DNA from: Candidatus Magasanikiibacteriota bacterium | GTDB lineage: Bacteria; Patescibacteriota; Patescibacteriia; Magasanikbacterales; GWA2-37-8 | DNA: 64,000 nucleotides | NCBI GenBank assembly: GCA_026396515.1 | Contig: JAPLWQ010000001.1 | Coordinates: forward strand, 64,564-128,563 | Direction: 5' to 3' | Part shown: positions 26,329 through 35,698 of the stretch, in pieces | Layout: every line of letters starts with the position of its first letter | How positions within the stretch are numbered: position 1 is the first letter of the stretch | Made by a program: the position numbers and the translations under genes | The notes under the pieces: model-generated | Database searches by the model: none | What the model was told of the DNA's origin: nothing | Seen by the model: the letters and a program-made list of their open reading frames with translations, nothing else

Positions 26329-27591
26329 ATGCATATGGAAAAACCACTTGCGATTTTAGAGCGCAGGTATCAGAGCATCAAAGAATTTAATGGCGACCGG
26401 CCTATACTGGTCGGCATTGCTGACTATGTTAGCTATGTTGGATCTCAGCCACGAATCAGGGAAATTATCGATGAAATAATTAAACCGAAGGAACTGTTAG
26501 TACGACAGTTAGAGGAAATTGAAAAAAGGGCGGTTAAGGAACTCGACGACGTAAAGAACAGAATATTAAAAAAAATTCTTTCAGCTGGTATCACCAACGA
26601 ACCGGCCATTGAGAGTCGTCTCGTTGAGTATGATAAATGGAAAAAGGGAGACATCTACGGGACTCAATCGTTGTGCGAGGGTCTTGAAGAACAACTACAG
26701 GATATTATTCGGTATTTATGGGAAAGTAGCAGCCAATCATTGGTGGCTGAATACGCGGAGCCTTACAAGAGAGATCCAAAATATATTGATAAATATATTT
26801 TTAGCAACACGATGATCGAATGGCGTGCTAAAAAGAATGAGGTCTGTGACGAGCGAGTAACTGCATTGTGGGGTAATTGGGGTGACTTGCACAAAGTATG
26901 TTCCTTTATTTCTGATGGGGGTAGCCGTTTTGAGGATGTCTTTGATCACAATCTTTATGAGTCATTAAATTTTGGTGTTTACAGAAGCGATGAGTTTGAT
27001 TTAGATGGCAAAACGCATTTAAGTGCTCGAGAAATTTTTAAGCCTTCAGTACTGAATAAGGAACGGCTTCTAATGAGTTTGAGCAGAATCCACCTTTATT
27101 TTGTTGAGCAGTTAGATATCGTGCGGCCCCTCGGAAAAGAGAACACTATTTCCAGTATAGGATTGCCTCCGGGGACAGAGCTAAAGGACATGACGGTAAA
27201 GATAATTAATTCATTTGATTTTGAAGTGTGGTTAAGAAATACACTTTTTGGCAAATATACTTTCAAGCATCTTGGTTGTGTTAAAAAAAATACGAAAGAT
27301 GAAAAGCCTGATGAGCAGTGGTCGTTTTTAAAAGATCTTTCTCTTGCGAATGGAGTTTATGACTATAGAAATATTCAAAGGACTCCGAGTAAAATTGAAC
27401 GACTGCGACAAAAAAAGAAAAAATTATCATCAAGATTAATGAAATTTTTCGGCCTAGAGGAGATGTCGATAATAGAGGAAGATATGGCTTATAAAACAGT
27501 CTTTAAATTGGAACCCGAACCGATTCTCAGGGGCGATGGTGAAATTTATGGCCTCCGGGGAGGGGGTAGAGAGCTCTTGAGGCCGGTTTAA
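26329..27591 (+). CDS. Hypothetical protein, first gene of the element core
   Basis: 420-aa ORF after TTGACT(26281)-17-TAATGT; basic C-terminal helix RQKKKKLSSRL. Confidence 0.75.
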   Translation: MHMEKPLAILERRYQSIKEFNGDRPILVGIADYVSYVGSQPRIREIIDEIIKPKELLVRQLEEIEKRAVKELDDVKNRILKKILSAGITNEPAIESRLVEYDKWKKGDIYGTQSLCEGLEEQLQDIIRYLWESSSQSLVAEYAEPYKRDPKYIDKYIFSNTMIEWRAKKNEVCDERVTALWGNWGDLHKVCSFISDGGSRFEDVFDHNLYESLNFGVYRSDEFDLDGKTHLSAREIFKPSVLNKERLLMSLSRIHLYFVEQLDIVRPLGKENTISSIGLPPGTELKDMTVKIINSFDFEVWLRNTLFGKYTFKHLGCVKKNTKDEKPDEQWSFLKDLSLANGVYDYRNIQRTPSKIERLRQKKKKLSSRLMKFFGLEEMSIIEEDMAYKTVFKLEPEPILRGDGEIYGLRGGGRELLRPV

Positions 27592-27679
27592 TGAATTTTC
27601 ACAACAGATTTAAGTTAGCATTTTTTTAGGAAGTGCCCAAAATAGGGCATTTTTTTATTTTTTATGAATTTTCACAACA
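27591..27679 (+). repeat. 16-bp direct repeat flanking a terminator-like hairpin
   Basis: ATGAATTTTCACAACA at 27591-27606 and 27664-27679 around TGCCC/GGGCA plus T-run. Confidence 0.8.
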
Positions 27680-27710
27680 TAGGGTAGAGGATTTAATTAT
27701 TTAACAGTAA

Positions 27711-27959
27711 ATGAATATGAGATATTTGCCATTATACCGACTCCGGGACTTTGACCGAGCGGTAATACTATATGCCAGTGGTGCCATTCTAAACGGCCTT
27801 GAATGGGATGACTTGAAAAGGGAGGCACAGTTTGTCTTTGAAGACGAACCTTTTTGCCTGTCGGTATTGCGGAAACACGACGAATATAGATTGAAGATTG
27901 ACTCGCATAAATGGATAGAGGCTCGGAGAGAAATCAACTCCGCTCTTTATAACAGATAA
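27711..27959 (+). CDS. DUF5659-like small protein
   Basis: D...A..L...G..L.......FVF pattern, upstream of the helicase-like gene. Confidence 0.55.
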   Translation: MNMRYLPLYRLRDFDRAVILYASGAILNGLEWDDLKREAQFVFEDEPFCLSVLRKHDEYRLKIDSHKWIEARREINSALYNR

Positions 27960-27966
27960 TTAATTT

Positions 27967-29349
27967 GTGAAAATTGATATGAAAAAAAACAGCAAACAAT
28001 TCAGCTCGCTGGTTAAGATGGAAGGCAGTCTCTGGGAGATGGTTTATGACCAGCAGGAGAAGACGACGGCCTTTGTCGGCTTGGAAAACGGAGCGATACA
28101 GATAAGGCAGAATATTGAAGAGACACATCCCTTCCCTCCGGGAAATGGTCTGCTCACGAGTAATACAGTTTTGTTCCCGAGCAAAGCTGAGTCGTTTGGG
28201 AGCGAGGATAAACTAATCGGCGATATCCGGGCATTTATCCATAAATATCTGGAAGTCGGCGATTTTATGGAAAAAGTCAGTCCTTTTTACGTGCTCTTTA
28301 CTTGGACGTATGACAGTTTCAACGAACTTCCGTATCTGAGGGCAATAGCCGACTATGGTTGTGGGAAAAGCCGCTTCCTTAAGGTAATCGGCTCGGTTTG
28401 CTATAAACCATCGTTTATCGGCGGCGCGACTAATGCAGCCCCCATTTTTCGCATTATAGACCAGTTCAATGGCACACTAATCATAGATGAGGCTGATTTG
28501 AGGTTTAGTGATACAACTACGGAAATAGTCAAAATCCTGAATAACGGCTTCCAGAGTGGAATGCCGGTCTTACGTTGTGCGAACAGCGAGAAAAACCACG
28601 AGGTCGAACCTTATAATGTCTTCGGTCCCAAAATCGTGGCCACCCGGGAGAGATATCAAGATAAAGCGCTGGAGAGCCGGTTTATCGTTGAGCAGATGGA
28701 TGGGAAGCTGACCCGGTCAGACATTTCAAAGAATATTAGTGACGAATTTTCCCAGGAGGCGTTGGCTATCCGGAATAAGTGTCTAATGTGGCGGTTACAG
28801 AACTATGGAACGAAAAAATTGGATATTAGCTTCAATAACCTGCCGGTTGAACCCAGACTGATTCAGGTGATAGCGCCGCTTCTCAGTATCATCAACGACG
28901 AGGCAACAAAAAACGATTTGGTTGAGTATATCAAAAAATACAACCAGGAATTAATTATTGACCGTGGGCTGAGCTTCGAAGCCCCGATATTGCGAACGAT
29001 TATGAATCTAATCGCGAATGGTGAGGCGACGATTACAATGGATAATATCGCCAAGACCTATAATTACGGATTAGTCAAGGGTGAAAAGGAACTCAGCGCT
29101 AGAAAGGTAGGACAAATTGTTCGTGAAAAATTTGGTTTCCGGACCGAACGGCGGAATGTCGGCTACGTTGTTGATATGGCTAGCTATGAGAAAAATATTG
29201 CTCGTTTGTGTAAAAAATATGACCTGGATAATGAAGGAGTGAACTTTGTGAACGATACGGGGGTAAAGGAAGAGGGTGACCTTCACCAGGAATTAAAGAA
29301 TTTGGGGCTGATATCAGACGAAGAAGAAATTAAGAAATTACCTTTTTAA
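27967..29349 (+). CDS. AAA+ helicase-like replication protein (DUF3631-type) with C-terminal wHTH
   Basis: PYL...DYGCGKS (Walker A), TLIIDEAD (Walker B), ILNNGF, FGPKIVA, ALESR arginine finger. Confidence 0.8.
   Translation: MKIDMKKNSKQFSSLVKMEGSLWEMVYDQQEKTTAFVGLENGAIQIRQNIEETHPFPPGNGLLTSNTVLFPSKAESFGSEDKLIGDIRAFIHKYLEVGDFMEKVSPFYVLFTWTYDSFNELPYLRAIADYGCGKSRFLKVIGSVCYKPSFIGGATNAAPIFRIIDQFNGTLIIDEADLRFSDTTTEIVKILNNGFQSGMPVLRCANSEKNHEVEPYNVFGPKIVATRERYQDKALESRFIVEQMDGKLTRSDISKNISDEFSQEALAIRNKCLMWRLQNYGTKKLDISFNNLPVEPRLIQVIAPLLSIINDEATKNDLVEYIKKYNQELIIDRGLSFEAPILRTIMNLIANGEATITMDNIAKTYNYGLVKGEKELSARKVGQIVREKFGFRTERRNVGYVVDMASYEKNIARLCKKYDLDNEGVNFVNDTGVKEEGDLHQELKNLGLISDEEEIKKLPF
29231..29253 (+). 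promoter_or_regulatory. GTGAAC iteron cluster, putative origin element
   Basis: ATGAAGGAGTGAACTTTGTGAAC; its reverse complement matches repeat A copy 2 at 20 of 23 positions. Confidence 0.55.
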
Positions 29350-29358
29350 TACTTTCAT

Positions 29359-29982
29359 ATGGCAAATACAGAATCTAGCAACCAGTTGGCCGGGCTGAAC
29401 GACCAAAATTTTAGTCAAGCCCGGAAGGCGATCAAGAATGCGCTTGTAAGCACGTGCGACCCGAAACATATTTTAAAGAAATTTGACGAGTTGTTGGTAG
29501 CAAGTCGGGCCGAGAAGGATGAAAAGAAGTTTAAAGTGCTTGTCGCGCAAATAGATGATATGCAACGCGACGCCCTGGCTGTTCTGGGGTTAGAAAATCA
29601 TTATCCTATTGTAGAAACAATAACCGACAATAGGCCCCTAATAATTGAATTGGCAAATCAGTTAACAGAAGAATTTGGTTGCCTGACAGCCAGCGAAAAG
29701 GCCTTGGTCCATCTTGTCGCCGGAGCATATGGCCGGATTATTGAGTATTCTAAATTGTTCAATAACTGCAGGAGGATAGACGATCTGACAAAGGAAAAAA
29801 TTGGCTATTACTCGATGATCAGCAAGGAGTTAGATAGAGCAGAGCGGCATTTTGTAACCGCCTTAGTAACGCTGAGGCAATTTAAGGAACCGGCTTTGAA
29901 AGTGAATATCAAGACAAATAACGCCTTCATAGCTCAGAATCAGCAGTTAAATTCCAATACCAATGAAAACAATCAACCATAA
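29359..29982 (+). CDS. Hypothetical protein of the element core
   Basis: ELDRAERHF...L..LRQ.K...VNIK...AFIAQNQQ. Confidence 0.75.
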   Translation: MANTESSNQLAGLNDQNFSQARKAIKNALVSTCDPKHILKKFDELLVASRAEKDEKKFKVLVAQIDDMQRDALAVLGLENHYPIVETITDNRPLIIELANQLTEEFGCLTASEKALVHLVAGAYGRIIEYSKLFNNCRRIDDLTKEKIGYYSMISKELDRAERHFVTALVTLRQFKEPALKVNIKTNNAFIAQNQQLNSNTNENNQP

Positions 29983-30292
29983 CAATTCAGGTAAAAAATA
30001 TTTCGTTGAGGGTTGCCAAAAAATACACGTTGATGTGATTGTCCGGGAGGCCAGAAGGAACGTTGTGCCCTATCTTATTCAGGAATCGGCGGAAATTAAC
30101 GGCGTTCAAATTCTCTTGACCGGCAAACCGTTGCGCCACGGCGGGAAACGTTTGTGGTTTGTATGCCCGCTCTGTGGGCTGGCCGTTGGAGTTATTTACA
30201 AACACCCGGTTAGTCGTGTTGTGGGGTGCCGACACTGCCTAAATCTTGAATACAGGTGTAGGGCTCGCAAGGGGATGGCTGAGAAGAACTAG
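29963..30292 (+). CDS. Zinc-finger protein
   Basis: GGKRLWFVCPLCG...GCRHCLNLEY. Confidence 0.75.
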   Translation: MKTINHNNSGKKYFVEGCQKIHVDVIVREARRNVVPYLIQESAEINGVQILLTGKPLRHGGKRLWFVCPLCGLAVGVIYKHPVSRVVGCRHCLNLEYRCRARKGMAEKN

Positions 30293-30304
30293 TATTTAGA
30301 CAAC

Positions 30305-30463
30305 ATGATTACCTTGTCAAAATTTAAGGAATTATTGGGAGAGGAAGCTCGGGGTCTAACTGACAAGGAAGTTGAACACATTAAGGATGCTCAATATCAG
30401 TTTGCGAAGTTGGCTTTTGGGCGGTGGTTAAGGGACGGGAGAAGGAAACCGGGGGGGGGTTGA
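30305..30463 (+). CDS. Small hypothetical protein (52 aa), possible directionality factor
   Basis: MITLSKFKELLGEEARGLTDKEVEHIKD..., immediately upstream of the recombinase promoter. Confidence 0.5.
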   Translation: MITLSKFKELLGEEARGLTDKEVEHIKDAQYQFAKLAFGRWLRDGRRKPGGG

Positions 30464-30627
30464 AAAAGTGAGATAAGTATGGTATTATATATACGAACCC
30501 AACAATCTACCAAGATTTTTTTGTGCCAAAATAGTCATATTTTGACATAGAAGGGGCGGTTATCGCTTCAGCTATCATCTTGGTAGTTGGGTTCAAAGCG
30601 AAATAACCGCCCCTTTTTATTTAAAAT
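30460..30627 (+). promoter_or_regulatory. Promoter and structured attenuator-like leader of the recombinase
   Basis: TTGAAA-17-TATTAT, then interleaved complementary blocks A(30495-30516) B(30551-30568) A'(30577-30594) B'(30596-30615) and a T-run. Confidence 0.7.
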
Positions 30628-32163
30628 ATGGAAACACAATTTAAAAAAGGAATAATTTATTATCGGGTGTCTACCGAAGATCAAGCCCAATTTGGCGTTT
30701 CTTTGGAACAGCAAAAAAAGAATTGTTTAAGTTATGCCGAATCTAACCATATTGAAGTCGTAAAAATGTTCCATGATGATGGCGTTTCGGCCAAGACCAC
30801 GGACCGGCCGAGTCTGCAGGAAATGATTGAATATTGTAGCCAAAAGAGCAACGCTATTGACTGTGTTATTGTGTATAAAATTGACCGCCTTACGCGTAAT
30901 GTTAATGACTATACCAATATCCTGTTTTTATTGAACAAGCTCGGTATAAGGCTAATTTCAACGACTGAGGCCATTGATAGCACCCCTATCGGTAAATTCA
31001 TTGGCAATGTAATGGCGGCGAATGCTCAGTTGGATAATGATATTAAGAGTCAGAGGGTGTCTGCCTGTATGCTGGAGAAAATTGAACAGGGTCACTGGTG
31101 TTTTAAAGCTCCATTAGGTTATCTAAATTCTCGTAGCGAAATAAACAAGAAAATTATTATCTTAGATGAGAAGCGTGCACCGGTGATAAAGTGGGCATTT
31201 GAAGAATATGCGACCGGGCTGCATACCCTAGAAGAGATAAGACAAAAGGTAAACGGGAGAGGATTAATTGGTTGGAAGGGAAAGGAGGTGTCATCTCAAT
31301 TGATAAGTAAAATAATCACAAATAAATTTTATATCGGCCTAATGACCATTAATGGTAAGGAGTATGAACACTCACATGATAAATTGGTTGAAAAGGAAAT
31401 ATTTAATAAATGCCAGAATATCTTAAAGGGCAGAACAAGGGGTGAAAATATCTCAAGAAGCCAAGCTAAAGAGCTATTCCCACTCAGGCATTTTGTTATC
31501 TGCGCTTATTGCGGGCGACCTTTGACTGCCTATATTTCTACTGGTAGGTGGGGAGGAAAATACCCATACTATCGCTGTTACAGCAAAAATTGCCCATCCA
31601 AAAAATCCATTGCTAAGAATAAAATTGAAACCGATTTTAAGAATTATCTGGAAACTATTATTCCCAAGGATAGTTTTCTCAAAGCTTTTAAAGCCACAAT
31701 TCTTGATGTCTGGAAGGACGAGTATAAGAACCTTAATCAAGATAGGCAGAACAAAATAAAGCGGATAGAGGAGTTGAAAGAAGAAAAACTGAAACTAATC
31801 GATATGAAAAAGCGGGATCTATTGCCGGATGAAGATTTCAAGGAAGCTTTTGATAAATTAAAAAGTGAAATTGATGTTAGAGAAGGGGATTTGAGTGAAG
31901 TTAAATTAGAGGAGTTCAATATTGATGAGGCGGTTGACTACGTTTTTGATTTTATTAGAACCCTTCCGGAATACTGGGAGCATGCCACTTTTGAACAGCA
32001 AATAAAGGTTCAGGGTTTGATTTTCGCTGAAAAGCCGGTTTATGACTATATTAAATTTCAAACCCCAAAATTATCGCCAATCTTACAAATAAAAAAGGAC
32101 TTGGCGTTAACCAATTCCTCTTTGGTAGCCCCAACGGGAATCGAACCCGTGTTACCTCATTGA
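30628..32163 (+). CDS. Large serine recombinase (resolvase, recombinase and Zn-ribbon domains)
   Basis: YYRVSTEDQ catalytic Ser, VYKIDRLTRN, APLGY, CAYCG...YYRC...C, coiled coil. Confidence 0.95.
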   Translation: METQFKKGIIYYRVSTEDQAQFGVSLEQQKKNCLSYAESNHIEVVKMFHDDGVSAKTTDRPSLQEMIEYCSQKSNAIDCVIVYKIDRLTRNVNDYTNILFLLNKLGIRLISTTEAIDSTPIGKFIGNVMAANAQLDNDIKSQRVSACMLEKIEQGHWCFKAPLGYLNSRSEINKKIIILDEKRAPVIKWAFEEYATGLHTLEEIRQKVNGRGLIGWKGKEVSSQLISKIITNKFYIGLMTINGKEYEHSHDKLVEKEIFNKCQNILKGRTRGENISRSQAKELFPLRHFVICAYCGRPLTAYISTGRWGGKYPYYRCYSKNCPSKKSIAKNKIETDFKNYLETIIPKDSFLKAFKATILDVWKDEYKNLNQDRQNKIKRIEELKEEKLKLIDMKKRDLLPDEDFKEAFDKLKSEIDVREGDLSEVKLEEFNIDEAVDYVFDFIRTLPEYWEHATFEQQIKVQGLIFAEKPVYDYIKFQTPKLSPILQIKKDLALTNSSLVAPTGIEPVLPH

Positions 32164-32197
32164 AAGCGAGGTGTCCTAACCACTAGACGATGGGGCC
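32123..32197 (-). tRNA. tRNA-Glu(TTC)
   Basis: Reverse complement GGCCCCATCGTCTAGTGGTTAGGACACCTCGCTTTCAATGAGGTAACACGGGTTCGATTCCCGTTGGGGCTACCA. Confidence 0.95.
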
Positions 32198-32308
32198 AAA
32201 TGACGCTCCATATTATACACTTTTTTTTAAAAAAGTCAATTGTTGTGGCGTAGTTTTAAATGTTAAAAGCGGCAGGGATCTGCCGCTTCAGGAAGGAGCG
32301 TTCGTTGA

Positions 32309-32728
32309 TTATTTGGGGGCGGATTTTTTCTTGCGGTACTTCACATCCAGGATGTGTTTGAGCTGCTGTTCGGCCGACATGACGACCGGGTCGTCTTTGG
32401 GTTTGGGTTTGTTCTCTTGGCGCCTCGGCATGCGCGCGAATGGCCACGCGCGGATCGTCTCGGCTGTGCTGGGGCGCGTGTACACCGTGAAGGAAATGTT
32501 CGGGTCGTTCAGGGTCGCTTTCTCCATCTCGTGGATGAACTCCCTGGGCACTTCCCAGACCTGGTGAGGGTTACCGCACTCGTCCGGAATGGATGAGTAG
32601 CAGTTCTCGGATTGTTTTCCGATGCCTGTCAGGTATTCGGCGACAAATTTATTGGTATAGGAGCTAACCTCCACATACCAGTACGCCTTGACGTTGCTGT
32701 GCCCTCTATTTTTTTTCTGTTTTTTCAT
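32309..32728 (-). CDS. Hypothetical protein (GC-rich class)
   Basis: AGGAGG SD; second gene of a two-gene unit. Confidence 0.65.
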   Translation of the reverse strand: MKKQKKNRGHSNVKAYWYVEVSSYTNKFVAEYLTGIGKQSENCYSSIPDECGNPHQVWEVPREFIHEMEKATLNDPNISFTVYTRPSTAETIRAWPFARMPRRQENKPKPKDDPVVMSAEQQLKHILDVKYRKKKSAPK

Positions 32729-32740
32729 GCGCGTTGCCTC

Positions 32741-33238
32741 CTATCGGTAAACTTCTTTGTATTTTCGTTCGGCCACACCGCCTTCGCTTCCACCGTTCGC
32801 GTGCTGGCGCATCATCTCAGAAGCAATTCGTTTCAGAATAATTTGGTTTTCTTCTGCCGCATTGAAAACCAGAAGCCACTCGCGGAAGCTCACGGCGTGC
32901 GAGGCCATCATCAAAATGGAAAGCCGATCTTCGAAAGTGTTGAACCGCGCGGTGTGATGAAGCTTTTGCCAGCCACCGAAATCGGAGGGAGGGTCTTTAA
33001 TAGAACCGAGAAATTTCCGGACATGCGGAGTAAGCTCCGCGCGCCGACCTTCCGGCAAGTAGGCCCAAAGCAAGGACACGTCCTCGACGGAAAGCATCTC
33101 ATCCGGAACCGGGTCGCCATCCAAAATGTCTTGGACGTATTGTCCCACGCAGATGACCGTGAGTAGGTCTTCGTTGATGATCTTCAAGATTTTTGGATCC
33201 TGAGAAAAAAACAATTTTTCTCGGTTTTCTTCACCCAT
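32741..33238 (-). CDS. Hypothetical protein (GC-rich class)
   Basis: ATG at 33238; GTTCTCTAACAA leader motif; TTGACA at 33309-33304. Confidence 0.6.
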   Translation of the reverse strand: MGEENREKLFFSQDPKILKIINEDLLTVICVGQYVQDILDGDPVPDEMLSVEDVSLLWAYLPEGRRAELTPHVRKFLGSIKDPPSDFGGWQKLHHTARFNTFEDRLSILMMASHAVSFREWLLVFNAAEENQIILKRIASEMMRQHANGGSEGGVAERKYKEVYR

Positions 33239-33310
33239 ATTTTCCACCCCTTTTGGTTTTGTTGTTAGAGAACTGCTGGTATGTAAGCACAAACGGCCTA
33301 TAATGTCAAT

Positions 33311-33347
33311 CCCAGTAGTAGAACTCGCTATGCTCGTTCACTACGAG
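33311..33347. repeat. Short palindromic element related to 333-371
   Basis: CCCAGTAGTAGA..TCACTACG versus the reverse complement of 333-371, CCCAGTAGCAGA..TCGCTACG. Confidence 0.5.
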
Positions 33348-33398
33348 ACGAGCCCGGCAGAATGCCTTTGGTCTCTACCGGGCGGGCTCATTTAAACT

Positions 33399-33435
33399 AA
33401 AAAATCCCTCACGAGTACTCGTGAGGGATTTTTTC
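33399..33435 (-). terminator. Terminator after HU
   Basis: AAAAATCCCTCACGAG/CTCGTGAGGGATTTTT. Confidence 0.8.
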
Positions 33436-33450
33436 GCTTTTTTGTCTCAA

Positions 33451-33732
33451 TTACGATGCTTTCAGAGCATCCTTTAACGCCTTACCGGCTTTAAATTTCG
33501 GAACTTTTACGGCCGGGATGTTAATCTTTTCCGTAGGTCTTTGCGGATTGACGCCGACGCGGGCGGCACGCTGTTTGACGCTGAAAGCGCCAAAACCGGT
33601 CAAAACGACCTCTTCGCCTTTTTGCAAAGTGGTAGTAATAACATCAACCATGGTGTTAACTATGTCTTCTGTTTCTCTTTTTGAGAGATTCATTTTCTCC
33701 GCTAATACCTGGGCTAATTCTGCTTTGTTCAT
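33451..33732 (-). CDS. hup: HU family DNA-binding protein (second paralog)
   Basis: MNKAEL...LTGFGAF...RAARVGVNP...PKFKAGKALK. Confidence 0.95.
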   Translation of the reverse strand: MNKAELAQVLAEKMNLSKRETEDIVNTMVDVITTTLQKGEEVVLTGFGAFSVKQRAARVGVNPQRPTEKINIPAVKVPKFKAGKALKDALKAS

Positions 33733-33907
33733 AGTGTCACCCCCTTTCTATGTAAGTTATTATTTTGATGCCACAATTATATCATACCGCTGTTTTTTTG
33801 GCTACAAATAGGCAAAATTGTTATCCACAGCGCTAAGCGCTGTGATTGGGACGCTAAGCGTCCCACAGAGTCAATTAAAAAACCCGCATTTCTGCGGGCT
33901 TTTTAAA

Positions 33908-35434
33908 TTATTTTGCGTATTCTATTACTCTTGTTTCGCGTATCAGCGTGATTTTTATTTCACCGGGATACTGCAATTCCTGTTCGATTTTTCTGGCGAT
34001 ATCTTTTGCCAGCTGATAAGCGGCATAGTCGTCAATTTCACTCGGCTTTACAAACACGCGCACTTCGCGTCCGGCTTGAATGGCATAAACTTTTTCAATA
34101 CCCGGAAATTCGCCGGCCGCTTTTTCAAGTTCTTCCAGGCGGGCGACAAATTGTTCATATGAATCTTTGCGCGCGCCAAAACGTGCGCCGGAGATTGCGT
34201 CAGCCGCTTTTACGATGGTGGCGTAAATATTGTATGGCTTGTCGAGATGATGAGTGAGAGCGGATTGTGCCAGGTCCTCGTCCATGTTGAATTTTTTGAG
34301 AATGGCATAACCGATTTCCGGATGCGACCCTTGTGTTTCCTGGTCAACCGATTTTCCAATGTCGTGGAAGAAGCCGCACTTTTTCGCTTTGGCGGCATCG
34401 AGCCCAAGTTCGGAAGCAATGATGCCGGCCAAGTAGCCGACTTCCATCGAATGGTTCAAAATATTTTGACCGTATGAAGTGCGGTATTTCAACCGGCCGA
34501 CAATGCCGACCAGTTTCGGATCAAGTCCGGTGATACTCATTTTGTAGAGCGCTTCTTCGCCGGCCTTTTTAATGTCCAGCGCCAAATCCTGTTTGGCTTT
34601 TTCCACAAACTCTTCAATACGCGCCGGCTGAATGCGTCCGTCTTCCATTAATTTTTCCAGCGCCAGTTTTGCCACTTGGCGGCGGATAGGTGAGAAGCCG
34701 GATACGGTAATTACTTCCGGTGTTTCGTCTATGATGAGCTCGCAACCGGTAAGTTTTTCAATTGCTTTGATGTTGCGTCCTTCCTTTCCGATAATGCGTC
34801 CTTTCATTTCATCACTCGGCAGAGATACTGCCGTGGAAGTGGTTTCAGCCGCGTGAGATGAAGCACAGCGCTGAATGGCAGTGGAAATTATTTCACGCGC
34901 TTTGTCTTCAAACGATTCGGATGATTCTTTTTCCAATTTCATGATCCGGCCCATCAGGTCGGTTTTACTGTCTTCCTCAACTTTCACCAGCAAAACATTT
35001 CTTGCTTCTTCGCGGGTCATTTCGGCAACGCTTTGGAGCTTCTTCATTTCCTGATCGTGCAGTTGCTCAATTTCAGTTTTGATTTTTGTGATGTGGTCGA
35101 TTTTTTCCTGGAGTTTTGTTTGTTTGTCCTGGAGCTCCAAAAGTTTCTGGTCAAACATGCTTTCTCTGCGGTCCAAACGCTGTCCGGCAGCCTGAAGATC
35201 CTGGCGCATTTTTCGCTCTTCGCGCTTGGCTTCCTCCATTATTTGTACCGCCTTTTCTTTAGCGTCGAGAACTGCTTCCTGATATTTTGTCTTTGCTTCA
35301 GAAAGAATTTTTTCCGCCTTTGCTTCGATAGAACTGGCCTTTGCTCTGGCAACTTTTTTGCGCCAGATATAGCCGATAGCGATACCGCCAACAAGCGCGG
35401 CGACGGCAATTGCTATCCAAATTATGATATTCAT
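33908..35434 (-). CDS. rny: Ribonuclease Y
   Basis: N-terminal TM, coiled coil, KH (KGRIIGKEGRNI), HD (FFHDIGK), AIQAGREVRV. Confidence 0.97.
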   Translation of the reverse strand: MNIIIWIAIAVAALVGGIAIGYIWRKKVARAKASSIEAKAEKILSEAKTKYQEAVLDAKEKAVQIMEEAKREERKMRQDLQAAGQRLDRRESMFDQKLLELQDKQTKLQEKIDHITKIKTEIEQLHDQEMKKLQSVAEMTREEARNVLLVKVEEDSKTDLMGRIMKLEKESSESFEDKAREIISTAIQRCASSHAAETTSTAVSLPSDEMKGRIIGKEGRNIKAIEKLTGCELIIDETPEVITVSGFSPIRRQVAKLALEKLMEDGRIQPARIEEFVEKAKQDLALDIKKAGEEALYKMSITGLDPKLVGIVGRLKYRTSYGQNILNHSMEVGYLAGIIASELGLDAAKAKKCGFFHDIGKSVDQETQGSHPEIGYAILKKFNMDEDLAQSALTHHLDKPYNIYATIVKAADAISGARFGARKDSYEQFVARLEELEKAAGEFPGIEKVYAIQAGREVRVFVKPSEIDDYAAYQLAKDIARKIEQELQYPGEIKITLIRETRVIEYAK

Positions 35435-35439
35435 AAACA

Positions 35440-35692
35440 AAAAACCTCAATGAAATTTGAGGCAATCGCATGATAATAGGGGATAAGCCCTATAACAGAA
35501 GAAATGGATTTGCTACGTAAAAAATTAGCCGGTTAATTTTCCGGTCGCGCTAAGCGAGTTTAGAGAATATATTTTTACGTAGAAGTCCGCGAACATAATT
35601 GGCGTTATTGATTTTCGAATCAGCCGAAATTATCGCTCGGTTAAGCCGTTTCTTCTTTGATGCAATTCCTCAAAGATCTTAAATTATTTAAT
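35440..35692 (-). ncRNA. Candidate structured RNA (6S-like or leader) upstream of rny
   Basis: Nested stems 35456-71/35660-74, 35497-507/35646-56 and 35513-23/35572-82; own promoter and a 3' terminator-like hairpin. Confidence 0.55.
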
Positions 35693-35698
35693 GCCTAT

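Larger units (their letters stand above)
10160..32197. mobile_element. Integrated element at tRNA-Glu: large serine recombinase, helicase module and repeat-delimited cargo array (left end uncertain)
   Basis: Recombinase abuts the tRNA 3' end; no core genes between proS and tRNA-Glu; iteron motif shared between the helicase gene end and the cargo repeats. Confidence 0.75.

Noticed and set aside
33781-33905. Chromosomal oriC
   Set aside because: Only one DnaA box, no cluster, and no dnaA or dnaN nearby.
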